Assembly: GCA_051362555.1 (NCBI GenBank)
Contig: CM120646.1
Location: 17,608,001 to 17,672,000, forward strand
Length of the DNA stretch: 64,000 nucleotides
Direction of reading: 5' to 3'
Source: Lingula anatina
Lineage: Eukaryota; Animalia; Brachiopoda
Part shown: positions 39,620 to 52,358 of the stretch, in pieces
Layout of the letters: each line of letters opens with the position of its first letter
How positions within the stretch are numbered: the stretch's first letter is position 1
Notes under the pieces: model-generated
What the model was told of the DNA's origin: nothing
What the model saw: the letters and a program-made list of their open reading frames with translations, nothing else
Databases searched by the model: none
Position numbers and translations under genes: made by a program

Positions 39620-40965
39620 ACTGAACCTTGGCAAATGAGAGGTTGACTTTAATGATGTCAAAAAAAGTTTCATACAAGTTGCTGTGAAGTAATGCGTTTC
39701 TATGATAACATTATTTGCGATAGACAAATGGGTAAATACAGTATCACTGCCTACTGCATTGGAAACACGACCAGGTTACTTCAATAAGGACAACCTAAGA
39801 AATGACTCGGGTCAGTTGAAATTTAGCGTTTCTTCTAAAATTGCAGGGTATAATTACCCAAATCTTCTGTCTAATATAACAAAGATTCAGTGAGAAAAGT
39901 ATTAGACCTACCTGTAATTATGAATGATGAACATCGCCGACAAATCTGACCCAAATGCTATTGTGTATCGTTTTGTTGTGACATGTACGAAAAGCCTGAA
40001 ATCTATTTACTTTTAATGAACAATTTGTGGAAGTTGCTAGACCATAATTCTGCTTGTCAATGTAATACTACGGTAGTTTGGCCCTTTATAGTTTGAATGA
40101 CAAATAAATGGGTCAATGGGTATTTTTCTGTATCTGCAAAATATATGGTTAAAAAAATATGAAAAGTAACTTTTGGCGAATGCCTGTCTGCAATAAACTC
40201 TGGAAAGTAAAGATCAGAATGGCCCAGGTGGGATCTGACTAGCGGGCACCGTCAGTTCTCTGTATGTTTTAACCAACGATTTAGGTGGGTGCAATCAAAT
40301 CGTTTTTTCCTCCCTCTCTCTCTCTCTCTCGCTTTTTTTTTTTTTTTTTTGCAAGTAATATATTCTGTATTTAACTATTACTGTCAACTTTTAATAAAAA
40401 ATAATACATGTAAATCGATCGCAAAAGCAAATCCACAATTGTTTGCCTTCATTTTCGGAATATATGCTGACATGATATTTTTCATAAATCAGTGACTCTT
40501 GAAAGCGATGTGGATATTTTTCTGTCTCCGTTATTCTATGCAAGTTCCCCATGTTTTCATTCTGAAAACTATCAATACGTTAGCGCAACCGTGGGATAAC
40601 GCCGCTCAACCAGATAAGTCAGAAGTGACATATGAATGAATAATATATATGTTTTCCGTTGATAAATTTCAAAGCTTGAACCTTTTTTGAAGAGTGAGTT
40701 TGTTGAAACATGCTAACAGCGCAATGATGGAGTTGTTGTAATGTAACAGCAACCGCATTTGCACACGTGTGTGTTGGTTTGGTGCGCTAGAGAGGTGAAA
40801 TTATATTCATGCGTCACACGGTACACATTATCGATTTTTTGACAACTGTATAAAGCGTATTTGAAACTGGGTTATCACAGTGGGTAAATATGATGCAAAG
40901 AGGAAATGTCTACCTGTTTGTCACCGTTATTGTTGGGAATGTTTTGAGAAAGAAATCATAAGAAA

Positions 40966-43900
40966 ATGGCTGAAGGGTGCAGCAATATCGCTACTGGGCA
41001 TCCGCCCGTTTCCATCGACTATACGAAATCAACAGAAGCTAATGAAAAGCAGGGTAAACTAACAGGGTTGCTGACCGATACAGCAAAACAGGATCATTTC
41101 GAAAACGACAGCGACAGCGAGGCAGATGAAATTTTTCAGAAAAAGTTTTCGTACAGCAGTTTAAGACGAAGTGAAAGATACCGGAACGAAATAGATGACC
41201 TGAAGATACGTCTAGAAGAAGCAAACTGCGAAATTAGAAAATTGCGAAAGAGAGAAGAGACAATGAGAAGACAATATGAGGATGTTTGCCAAAGTTATAA
41301 AGCAGCAACTAAAACTATATTTCACCTACAGGCGTCAAATGACAATGTAAGTAAATGTTTAGAATTGCTACTGTGTAAACATGCATGGCCTTTGCAGCAG
41401 GCTCAGTATGGTGAGATCATTCTGTGCAGGGAATTATCGTAGACCATGTTCTGTGCGACCTACAGACAAGGTATACTGTACATTAAGGCTTTATACTTCA
41501 CAACAACGACATCAAACAGTCCATTCAATTGTGTAAAAACGCTTAAAATGGTCTACTTTCAAAATCGAAAAAAAAAATGCCCTTAAAGACTGCATGTCGT
41601 CATTGTTATTTTTAGACGACGGGCAGCTTTTATGTGAAAAGGGGGTTCCCCTTTGAATTGTATCACGTACGTGTCAACATAATAAAATATAACGTCACAC
41701 CTGCTGCATTTGTTGCAATGAGCCTCTACTGTAATACATGTACAAGTATGCCTATCCTACACCACCAGTGATACTTTTTGTATACGATTTGTTTTGTGAT
41801 TTTAATTTTACTCTCAAAATTACTTTGTATATCTATTTTTTCTCTGTCTGCATGTCTGCTTTCATTTCATCGTTTTGAATTTTCATTCGTCTCTTTATCT
41901 GTATACAGTATTTTGCTCATGACTTCCTCGACCTTTTGATATTTTGTTTTCGATAAATTTTTAGTTGTTTGTAAAGTTGTGTGTGATTCCTTTGTCTGTA
42001 ATTTAAATTTGTTCAAGGTATCCCAAAAAATGACTGAATCCTTTGACAAATGCCTAAGCCTAAGAACAGTGTCCCCAGACACCACGTCTGAAATCATAAA
42101 TGAAATCCAACGAAATGGACAAAATGTCATCGACACGCTGAAAAGAGAAATCAACGAAGCTTTCCAAAAGAAAGAAGCTGGTCCCACCTACGGGGTTACA
42201 GAAACTGAATTAAAAACGTTCAGCAAACTCTATGCGCCCAAATTAGGTATCTATATCAATTATATTTTAACTGCAGTAGGGCCTAGTAAGTGTGGTATTT
42301 TGTTGTTGCAAAGATAGTTGATTATACTAATTGTACCATACTAGTTAAATGATTGTCTCAAACCCCAACTTCGTTAATAGTAGTATATAACGTTTTTCAC
42401 CAACCACAATGCCACAAGATATATAGGCCTATATTTGGATAATACACTGTACATGAATGATGATATTATATCTATAAGTGCGAATTTCCAAATCTGCCGA
42501 CAAATTAAAATTGTTCATAGGTGACAGTAAATAATGCTTTATCATTAATATAAATTTATTCTATGTAACTATGAGTTTGCTGCACTGATTTCAAGTGATT
42601 ACTCATACTGCATGATAAATGTCCCTAATTCTCGAGATAGAGGAACACCGGTTCTGGTGTTCGTTGTCAAGTAGTATTTACATGTATGTACTTGATATTA
42701 TCCATTATATTCGTGCTCTCTTTTATTCTACAGATGAGAAATGGCGTTCATTTTCTCTAGCCCTTGGTCTTACGGAGGACGCAATAAATGGCTTAGGGGC
42801 TAGGCACGACCCACAGAAATTTGGTTACGAAATACTCCTGTTTCAAGTATTAAAGCACTGGTCCAGGACAACTCAAAATGTCTCTAGCCAGCAGATCATC
42901 CAGGCCGCTGAAGCCGTCGGGGTGGAGAGGGGTGCTGTGGATTCTGGTTGTGCAAGTATGTGTAATTCATAGTTTTAGCTTTATTTGACTTGCAGGGAAG
43001 AAAGGTGCGCATACACGTGCGCACGTGATATAGCCTACGTCCGTGCGTGTGTGTGTGTGTGATAAGAGAGAGAATCTTGTCATATGTAAGCCTCAATAAA
43101 AGTGTACCATGTAAACAGACAAATAAGAAAGCGTAGGTTTTATTATTTCCATCTCGTCTCAGACGTTCCAGATGTGGCTGACGTGAAAGCCGTCTTTAAA
43201 GCTGACCCTGGACTAAAAGGCTTTTGCTCCCGATTAGCCGAAAGCCTAGGTAGGTTAATAACGACAACGCTCAGGTACTTTTTTCACAGACCATCGCAAG
43301 CGTTTTCTGTTTTAATCATAGTCCTCATGGAATTTGCCTCTGTTTTATTAAAATTATACTCGAACAGTTATAAAAATGGGGAAAACATCGAAATTTGTTT
43401 ATCATCACGGGAGAGGAGTTGGTGTTGAATAATCACAGTTCGGGGTTACAAAAATAATTGCATTTTCTCACAGTGTAATGAGTCATGGGGATTAGGTGCA
43501 CGCCACACTGGGCATTAAAATAAGTCGCCCCGTGATTATCTTGTGTCAATCATTCATTAGCTTGCTGTGCCGCAATAAGTGGGTGTATATATATGCTTCT
43601 TTCTTTCTTTCTTTCTTTCTTTCTTCTATAATAATTATAACTTTAGACTGCAATTCTTGTAAAGAGCACCATCGCTTTTTATGCTCAGAGTTTAAAACCC
43701 ATTTAAATCAATAAATATCTTTGGCATGCATTTCCGTTTTTCACCACAGGTTCTCAGTGGCGACATCTTGCGAGACGTCTCGGTATGCACGGAGAATACC
43801 TGGACAGGCTTGAAGTCATTTATGGGAAATTTGGCAGCAGTGAGCTTGTTTGGTGTGTACTAGAACATTGGGTTAAGACTTCAAAGACACCGTCTAGAGA

Positions 43901-46275
43901 CGATCTTGAAAGGGCCGTGCATGAGATTGGAGCTTTTTATGTCCAAGGTAATTTTTCCTTTTTTTATCGGGGGGGGGGGGGGGGGGGGCTGGGGGGGGGG
44001 GGCTGAGAAGCAACTCTATACATGTAGACTTATTCTGGGCATTTTAAAGTAACGATGTCCTTAAAAGACTTAAGTACATGTAAAACCCTAAGATTTTAAT
44101 TGAGTAAAATATAGTGAACTGACACATTAATATTTACTTTATAGTCAGTTTGCTAGTAGTCTGTTAAAAATAATGGTTACCATACGCAAAATAATATTAT
44201 TTTTGGCGTGGGTTTGATTTAAAGGGAAAATAAACATGCCTACATTGCAATACGCACAGAGGTACACCTAAGGTATAATGTAAATTGCTTAATATGCTAG
44301 TGGACGACCAATACATGTAAAATTATTTTCCTTATATAGAAGACATCGCTGTAAATATACGTAGCGATAAAGACAAATGCCCAATAGTGCACGTACAGGT
44401 ACTTATCTAAACAATGCATTCCATCCACTTCAGACGAGCCCATGGAACCACTTCACCGAGATGTCATCCACCACAATCTCGCCTACCTCTACAAAGAACT
44501 GATGTCAGTAGAGCTTCTCTTCCCCGGGCTGCTGCAAAAGCGAGTTATTAGTCAAGCCCTCGTGGACGAGATCAAAATTTGTCGAGGAGACTCCGAGAGA
44601 AAAATGAAGTTCCTCGCTATGCTTCCAAACCTTGGGTGTCGGGCATTCCCTGCTTTCATAGAAGAAGTAGACCGACGCCAGAGACACGTTGCACAAAAGC
44701 TTAGAGGTACTTCCTGTCTTTAAGTAAACACTGTTGACATTCCTTATTAGTTCAAAGTTTTTATAAGTGTTCGGACTTTGAGTTGAACTGAACATAAAAT
44801 GAGTCAATTATTTTATCAAAAATAGTGGTTAAAATTATGGCAAAAGTTGTAAACGGATGAGAATTTCAAAGAGCCATCCCCTCTCCAAGCTTTCTGAATT
44901 TTGGGGGTTGTCATTGATTAAAAACTTTTTCCATGTGCAGATGTCTCTTTCTTTTCCTTCAAGTTCAACCGGCCCCAAGGTGATTGCCATAGGTAGTACA
45001 ACTACATGTAATCTGCTGTATTGTAGGCCTTTAACCCCCCCTCCCCCCACCCCCCCAAAAAAAAAAAAATTGTATAATAAGTTCTCAGTCTACGCCCACA
45101 CAAGCACCACTTTTGGTTGACTAATCCGATTGCCCTTGTTTTGCTACTTTTACATTTCTGTCAACATGTTTACAATGACATTTATCTAATTTCTTTGGGG
45201 TAGTATAACCTACCAGAAGGTAACGATTTATAATATAATTATAGTTCAGACGTAAACTATGTAAACTGTGGTCATATGGTTTTGTAGAGGATGTTGCTAG
45301 ACGAGGAGGTGACCTGGGAGAACCAGAGAAACCAATGGTCAACACTGAAACTCAACCGTGTCAACACCAAGTTCCTTCTGGAGAGCCCCAGAACTGTGTA
45401 ATCAATGACTGTTCTACATCTAAAAACAGAAGACGTCCAACCCAGCTAAATGTCAAGAAGAGGATTCGTAAGGGCACCCAAGGTTTAATTCAAATTAAAC
45501 ATTAATTTAATTCACATTAATTCAATTAAACGTGTTATTGGACGGCGGATAGATTAAAAAATTATTTTCCTTTTTACATGTTTAAGATACATCATTGTAA
45601 GTGTCAATTTAAGATTGACAGGAGCGAATCCTTTGACATTTTAGAACAATGTGTTGCATGACACTTCAACGGTCTTTGATTTATAATTACTTATTGTATA
45701 TATGTATCTATATAATAACTTTGTTGTACACTTCCGCAGATAAGGTGCCGATGCCAACTGGTGAGCTACGAAACATGGAGGGTGCCCTGGTTAGTGCTGA
45801 ATCCGATTCCAGTCATCTCACTATGGCCAACAACGACCAACAACTATGTACGGTGAATGGCGATGACGCATCAGGAAACAGACAAATATTGAATCAAAAT
45901 GGCAACGAGCAGAACGGTTAGTCGACTTTACAGTTTTTTTTTCTTTTTTTTGCTGGACCCTTTTTCTTCTTAAGCTTATTTAATCTTTAATCTTCACTCT
46001 TGCATGAATGTAATAATTGTATTAAACATAGTAAGAACATGACCAAATGATTTGTACCTGCTGAGCTTGTAATAAGTTGGTTTCTGTGTCGAATCAATTT
46101 TATGATAAGTGTGTGCGTCATTATTTTGGTTTCAGTTTTGCAGCAACGTCGTGTCAACTGCGCTTCCAGTAACACTTTGATGCAAGGCGGCGCCCACATT
46201 GTACGAGTGCCACGCAATAGAAGACGCAGACCACAGGAAACTGAGAAAAACAGAAAGTGTTGCGTTGTGTCTTAA
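40966..46275 (+). CDS. Coiled-coil + two death domains + CARD adaptor with C-terminal CaaX; 9 exons, ~630 aa
   Basis: Exons 40966-41346, 42018-42246, 42734-42955 (or 42946), 43163-43249, 43750-43947, 44434-44706, 45288-45467 (or 45482), 45740-45916, 46136-46275; phases are compatible. DD1 KLDEKWRSFSLALGLTEDAI...VLKHW; DD2 SLGSQWRHLARRLGM...VLEHW; CARD MEPLHRDVIHHNLAYLYKEL...LAMLPNLGCRAFPAFIEEV; ends RNRRRRPQETEKNRKCCVVS*. Confidence 0.8.
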
Positions 46276-46473
46276 TTGGTTTATTTATTATTATTATTAT
46301 TATTTTTAATGTGATATGGTTGTTGAAAATGTTAAAATATTCTTACGTTTAAGTGTGTTGACTCATTTCTTGGTACACATTCATCTTGCCACGTACCCTG
46401 TAGGAGAGATTGCAAACAAGACATATACATGTGTAAGAGGGTACGTTTCACTTGAAACTGAAATGAGCAACAG

Positions 46474-46739
46474 CAGGCCTACCCAACTACCAGACTCGGC
46501 ACATAAGGATCCTGAATTAACCAGTATATATCGGACCACACTACCCGTTTTCAAGGTGTGTGTCAGATCGCATTTCGCAGTATCAGACAGAACACCGACC
46601 GGATGAGCCTGCGGTCGTCCTACAAAATTTCTTCTGGGGTATGATACTCCGAAATGCGATCTGACACACACCTTGAAAACGGGTAGTGTGGTCCGATATA
46701 CCGGTTAATTCAGGATCCTTATGTAGTTGGGTAGGCCTG
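46474..46739. mobile_element. Foldback MITE with ~110-bp TIRs and 5-bp TSD (AACAG)
   Basis: Termini CAGGCCTACCCAACTAC / GTAGTTGGGTAGGCCTG with long near-perfect inverted arms. AACAG lies at 46469-46473 and 46740-46744. Confidence 0.88.
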
Positions 46740-46789
46740 AACAGTGACAAATCCGTGCAAGGATTAAATTTTTATGTCCTCCTAATCTT

Positions 46790-47225
46790 ATTATTCCCAT
46801 AAATGCATCGGTCCACGTGGATCGACCCATGCCAATTCTGCGTCGATGAGTGCACTCAGCTTAGCAGATTAGCACGCCTCTTGCTAGCGTAAGGTAGAAG
46901 AGAAAAGCTTGTGGTTATACGAGTGCGTAGGGAACAAGAAGAGGCGTGTCATTCAATTAACCTAATTTCACTAGACAAGAGTCTCCGCAAGAGTTGGGTC
47001 GATCCACGTAGACCGATTGTGCCTTTGACCCTATTCCCATAGATATTTAGATCGATCTATCTCCCTGGGGAGTCTCACTAGATTGGTGTCAGCTGAACAG
47101 GCTTAAATGTCTGTCCCGCCTACTAAAAGCTGTATGGTGCGCGCTCGGCTGACAGCAATTTAGCGTGAACCCCCAGGGAGTTAGGTCGAACCAGATGGAT
47201 CGATCTAAATCTCTGAGAATGCAGG
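46790..47225. mobile_element. Two adjacent related palindromic MITE-like elements (both begin TATTCCCATA)
   Basis: Element 1 (~46790-47020) has arms TCGGTCCACGTGGATCGACC / GGTCGATCCACGTAGACCGA. Element 2 (~47030-47225) has arms ATTTAGATCGATC / GATCGATCTAAAT and CTCCCTGGGG / CCCCAGGGAG. Related half copies lie at ~54820-54930 and ~51675-51720. Confidence 0.65.
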
Positions 47226-47610
47226 CTTTATGTGAATGGGGTCTTAATTGACAGGTAAAGAGCTGACATCATGTTCCAAAAATTTTAAGTAACCAAAGAC
47301 ATTTAAATACAGGATATTATTATTAAGAATACTGGATTTCTGAATGCTAGATATTCAAAATGTAATGCTCTGAATACGTACAGCATCGAATACAGGATAC
47401 CAAATACAACATATACTAATACAGGATTGTCAAATACAGGGTAATTTTTTACCTCATACGTTATTTCAAATTTATAGATAGTCATTATTTATTAATTTAA
47501 ATTGTTATTGCATATAATAATGTGAAACTTCTACACGCTTGAGATTAGCTGCCTGTTTCTTAAAATCTTTGCGTTAAGAGACCTGATCATTTTTAGAATC
47601 TTGTGAAATT

Positions 47611-47649
<39 letters not shown>

Positions 47650-48219
47650 TATTTTTTCACAAAATATAATCAAAAAGGAATTTTGCAAATTGTCTCATGG
47701 CAATTCCGTCTTCCTGTCAATGTGTGCCAACTGGCTCAATTTATCAAATAACTTTTATTCCTCTCCTTATATTTTTCTGGGACTGATTTTAGAGACAGTT
47801 AATGTTATTCATTCCATGTACAAAAAGTTACTGTTTCTGCATTTTAAGTTAGATTGAGTTTACGACGGCTATTATTACTGTACATTCGGCCTCACCAACT
47901 GCCTTCTTAACGAAGTCTATCTATAGCTTCGTATAATCCTGACACAAGGATTCTTTATTTTGTACTATTTTGATATTCCATTTGAACTGAGTCGATATCC
48001 ACATGTTGATTGTTTATTGTTTTCCTCGTCTTCAATAAAATAACATGTTATCCAAAACCAGGTCTTCATTCGTTATATTTATGCAGTGTGTGAATTGCTA
48101 AAAAATTTTTTTGTTGGAGTTACATGAGTGTTTCAGAGCTACCAGCAACAGGTTTATGCAGAACTTTCTGTGGATAAGTGTTATCCTAACTTGACATCAG
48201 AATCTGAAATAATTAGAAA

Positions 48220-48890
48220 TGTGCACAAGAATCCTCTTTGTACATTTTAAAAATGCCATCAAACAATGGCATGTGCTGATCAAAGTATTTATAAAACAAT
48301 ATTTCATGCACTAAACCTTTTTTTAATTTATTTAAAAAAACTAACACCAGACTAAAGCACGTGCTGAAGCATGAGGAAGAAAATATCTCATGCACAATAA
48401 TTTGTTTTGTTCTTTTTTTATTAAATTGTCAGCAAACTAGGACGTGCTGTGACATTTGCAAACCAATATACCTGTATCTCGTGTACAAGAATTAGCTTTG
48501 TTCTTTTTTTAAACTAGACGCCAGCACTTTCATAAAAACAACATCCAAATATCATTTTTCTTCCTTCTTCTAATTATGTTGACGTAAGACTAATTACTGT
48601 GTTCCAGCTTTCATTAAATAATACCTTTTGCACAAGAATTAGCTTTATTTTTTTACTAGACATCAGCATGTGGCACGTGCAGAATCACTTACAAAACAAC
48701 ATCTCGTGCACAAGGATCCTCTTTCTTCCATCTTTTAAACTGACATCAGATTAAGGCACGTAATCTGACTTTCATAAAACAAAACATTGTGCACAAGAAT
48801 TAACTTCGTTCCTTTTTTACTAGACACCAGCGGTATATATGGCACGTGCAGAAACACTTACAAAACAATATCTCGCGCACAAGACACCAA
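48220..48890. repeat. Degenerate tandem repeat, ~60-bp units (AAAACAAYATCTCRTGCACAAGAATTAGCTTTGTTCTTTTTT...)
   Basis: The core TGCACAAG plus AAAACAA..TCTC recurs about ten times; an alternating higher-order pattern is likely. Confidence 0.7.
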
Positions 48891-50179
48891 AGTTTAATTT
48901 ATAACCCTTGTACAGTGCACATGTACTTACTGTATTGTAGTAATTAAATTTATTACAATTTCATAACTGAATTTCTCTAAAACCATTGAGATTAAATATT
49001 TGTATTTCTTTAGCAAGAAATGGTAGTTAAACGAACGTTCACGTATTCAGATCATGAGATCATGTTTCTACAGAAAAACTCGGTACGCACAAAACTGTGC
49101 AACAAACTTCAGGTACGGGTAAATGCTATGTAATAAATCGCTCTATTGTCAACGTTTTATACTTCGTTTTCAAATCCACAGGGTGGAAGATGGCCATGGG
49201 GAAACAAAATGCCCCATTCATATATAAACACACGAGAAGACATTCTTTTTTATCACAGTAAATTTTAATTAAAATTTACAATGAAAACGATAGAGACGTT
49301 GCCCAAGTCGCTCCTTCCAGGTAGCCTGCCCCGGTACGTACAAATTACAATGTGTTAGGAGTCAAAATGTGGTTATTCACTCAATGAAAATAATCAACAC
49401 ATCCCCAATCCGTTTCCTTTGTATTCATAGCGTTTAATGCACAAATCTAGAGCACTGGTCAGCTTGGCATTTCGTCCTTACCTAACACATTTCATTCATC
49501 AAAATGGAAAAAGCAACATGATGTTAAATAGTTTTTACAATAAACAATTGTACATTTAATTTACATAAGAATAATATTGCATTGTTGTCTGCAAAATACC
49601 CAACAAAAACAGTACTTTCATTTTGTATGATAAGTATAATATAAACAGTGACCCAGTGTGTCACTCAGTTTTAATTGGTTATTTTTGGTTTTTATAGAGT
49701 CACCATATTTCCCCCCATCAAACTTATCATTTAGTTGTGTTGACTCTCAATCAAGTGGATAACTTTGTAGGTGTTTAATTACTGGTGCCAAGTTTCTGAA
49801 CACAGTAAAGTGTATTTTGAACACCAAAAGAAACTTCAGACATCGTTTTAAGTTTTATCTCTTGGACACAGCGTTTATTTAAAAAAATCAACCTGGGAAA
49901 AATATCATGTATGTATACAGGGTCTGGCACATACCCATTTTCACTTCCAATCCAGCACATCAACGATTTGTGCTAAAGTTCACGTAGAAGAGTTAGGGGA
50001 GGTTTGTATGGTTTGGGGATCACAGCTGCCGACTCTCCATTAAGACCATGTAGGCAAAGTCTGAACCCCTACCCCATTTCACTTCCTCCCTTAGAGAGGA
50101 TTTGACTGAGTGCTCACACATATCAGTCCAAATGAACAGTTTACTGCAATATCAGATGCTTCATCAAAGGAACAGTTCA

Positions 50180-50180
<1 letters not shown>

Positions 50181-50227
<47 letters not shown>
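50181..50227. repeat. Poly(A) run (poly-U in the presumed ETS 3' UTR)
   Basis: Seen directly. Confidence 0.95.
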
Positions 50228-50229
<2 letters not shown>

Positions 50230-51881
50230 GGAATGCTTCATATACCCAGGTTCAATCTCCAACATTTTCCTGTTTATCCATCATCACATAGCGGATGGTA
50301 AATGTATATCAATAACAAAGAATAACATCTTCAATAATTTGAATTTTGCTAAAATATACCCGGTTCAAGAAGCCTTATGTAGCTCGGCTGTACATAAGAG
50401 ACACCTAAAGAGATTCAAATGACATGAACCAGTATTGAGGAAACGCAATGGCATGAAAGAACCCAGGGCATTTTTGGGGAAGTGTCACATAGCTTGGTAA
50501 TGTATCTCTGAAAATGCGTTACTAGATGTTCACTCTGACTGTTGGAGGTTGAAGGTTTTGTTTGTATTGAGCAGACCCATGTTCAAATAGATTTTATGAA
50601 TTGACAGACCAAGATGCATCTACTAATAGAATCCTGGATATGCCATTGGGACATCCATATATACATTGTGTATATGTATTAGTAGCCGATTGTCAACTAA
50701 AGTATAATTTGGAATGGAACAATATTGCACATTTTCTAATACAAATGAAAATAACTGAGAGTAAATTAATAAGATTATACATCTAACAAACTGAACAGAT
50801 AATCAGTAAAATGTAACACGTCATTCTACAATCCAAATAAATATAATCTACCTGTAGGATCAAATGAACAGCATGATAAGTGAGTCTTAAGTGAAACAAC
50901 ATTTAAAAAGATATCCTGTGTATGTACATGTAAATGCTGTAACATTACAATTAAGCTGAGGAAGATTAAACATAAACTTGAATACTTAAAAAGGCAGAAA
51001 AATTCCAACAAAAAATGGGAATGGCACAATGTTGGCACTGTTACTAAATACAAAATGTGTTCACCAGCGTTCTCGAGTTGTAAAGAAAGCACCATATGAG
51101 ATTATCACCTGTAAAGACATGAAACACAACTAGTAGACACAAATAAATGCTTTAATAAATTACTAAAAATTCTCAAGGAGGAGTGTCAGACAAGCAAGCT
51201 GATTCCACTAAATGTAATTTAGCTCCTGCAGAGTTGGATCAATCCAGCTGGTATAATATTTTAATCTGACTGTGGTCAATGATGCCATTTACTGCCTTTG
51301 ATATGCTTATTGGCACCCTAAACATAGTTACAACATGAAAGGTTCCCACCAAAAAAAGCTCTGCCCAACCTGGTTGTAAATGCACTTGGTTAAAATGACC
51401 TGATGTAAAACTGTATTATGGGGAAGTGAAATAAAATATTTACTTTTTAGATAAGATTTTGATACACAGAAAAATATGAGATCTGACAACAAGTTCATTT
51501 GTGAAAAGAATTCTTGTCAAATGGACTTAATGACTTAACAAATGATTAATAATACCCTAAATTTTACATGAAATATTTCCACTTATTTCAAAATGTTTCT
51601 GGTTATGACCTTCCAGAAGCTTCCACAAAAGATAATCCCCCCATGCTGCTTGAGGAGGCATGTATTTCTGCTAATCTGACAGCATTCAGTGAGATTCCCC
51701 AGGGAGTTAGATCAATCTACATACAAGAACAGCCCTAATTAGTTTATATACATTTCTATTTTTAATCTCCAATATCTAAATGTATTTCTAATATATATGT
51801 GAATAATAACAATAAAAAATCCTCACCAGGAGTAACAACAAATGTCACTTTAATATTGGGTTGGGAGTGGGGGTAGGAGTG

Positions 51882-52050
51882 CAGGGGCAGATCCAGAGAT
51901 ATTTTCTGACAGTCTTCCTAATTATCTTTGTTACCATCCTACATTTTTGACCGTCTTCCTACAGAAAAAATAGATACCTGTCAATGTAAAATTGAAAACC
52001 TGACTGCATGTCTTCCAGAAGACCCAGAAGACAGCCTAAATTTACCCCTG
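51882..52050 (-). mobile_element. MITE with CAGGGGC termini and 5-bp TSD (GAGTG); inverted relative of 62806-62962
   Basis: GAGTG flanks both sides. The internal sequence is the reverse complement of the 62806-62962 element (e.g. GTCTTCCAGAAGACCCAGAAGAC). Confidence 0.85.
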
Positions 52051-52358
52051 GAGTGGGGCAGTATATTTAGTGATGTCCAGAGCAGTAATTAACCCAGACA
52101 GCATGCAAACATTGGCCCTATATCTCCCAATGTTGCCTTGGTTGATACGCAGATGCTGTGCCAACAAATTAAAGCCAACTAAATTTTGGTTTTTCTACTT
52201 TGGGTTTCCATATATACAATTTACAGTGTATTAGTTAGTGCTCATTTTGGCCCATGAGTGGCCAATGTGTTTTCCAAACACTTGTAATTTTCTTTTTTTT
52301 TTCTTCAAAATTGACAGTCCTGCAACATAACTGCACACTCTGTGTTAGTTTGACTTAA

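Noticed and set aside
46136-46275. RHIM motif in the adaptor tail (TLMQGGAHIVRV)
   Set aside because: It lacks the (I/V)Q(I/V/L)G core, so the match is too weak.
46316-46671. Overlapping antiparallel ORFs with similar sequence
   Set aside because: An artefact of the MITE's inverted arms.
48220-48890. CRISPR-like repeat/spacer appearance
   Set aside because: The units are degenerate along their whole length with no unique spacers, the context is eukaryotic, and there are no cas genes.
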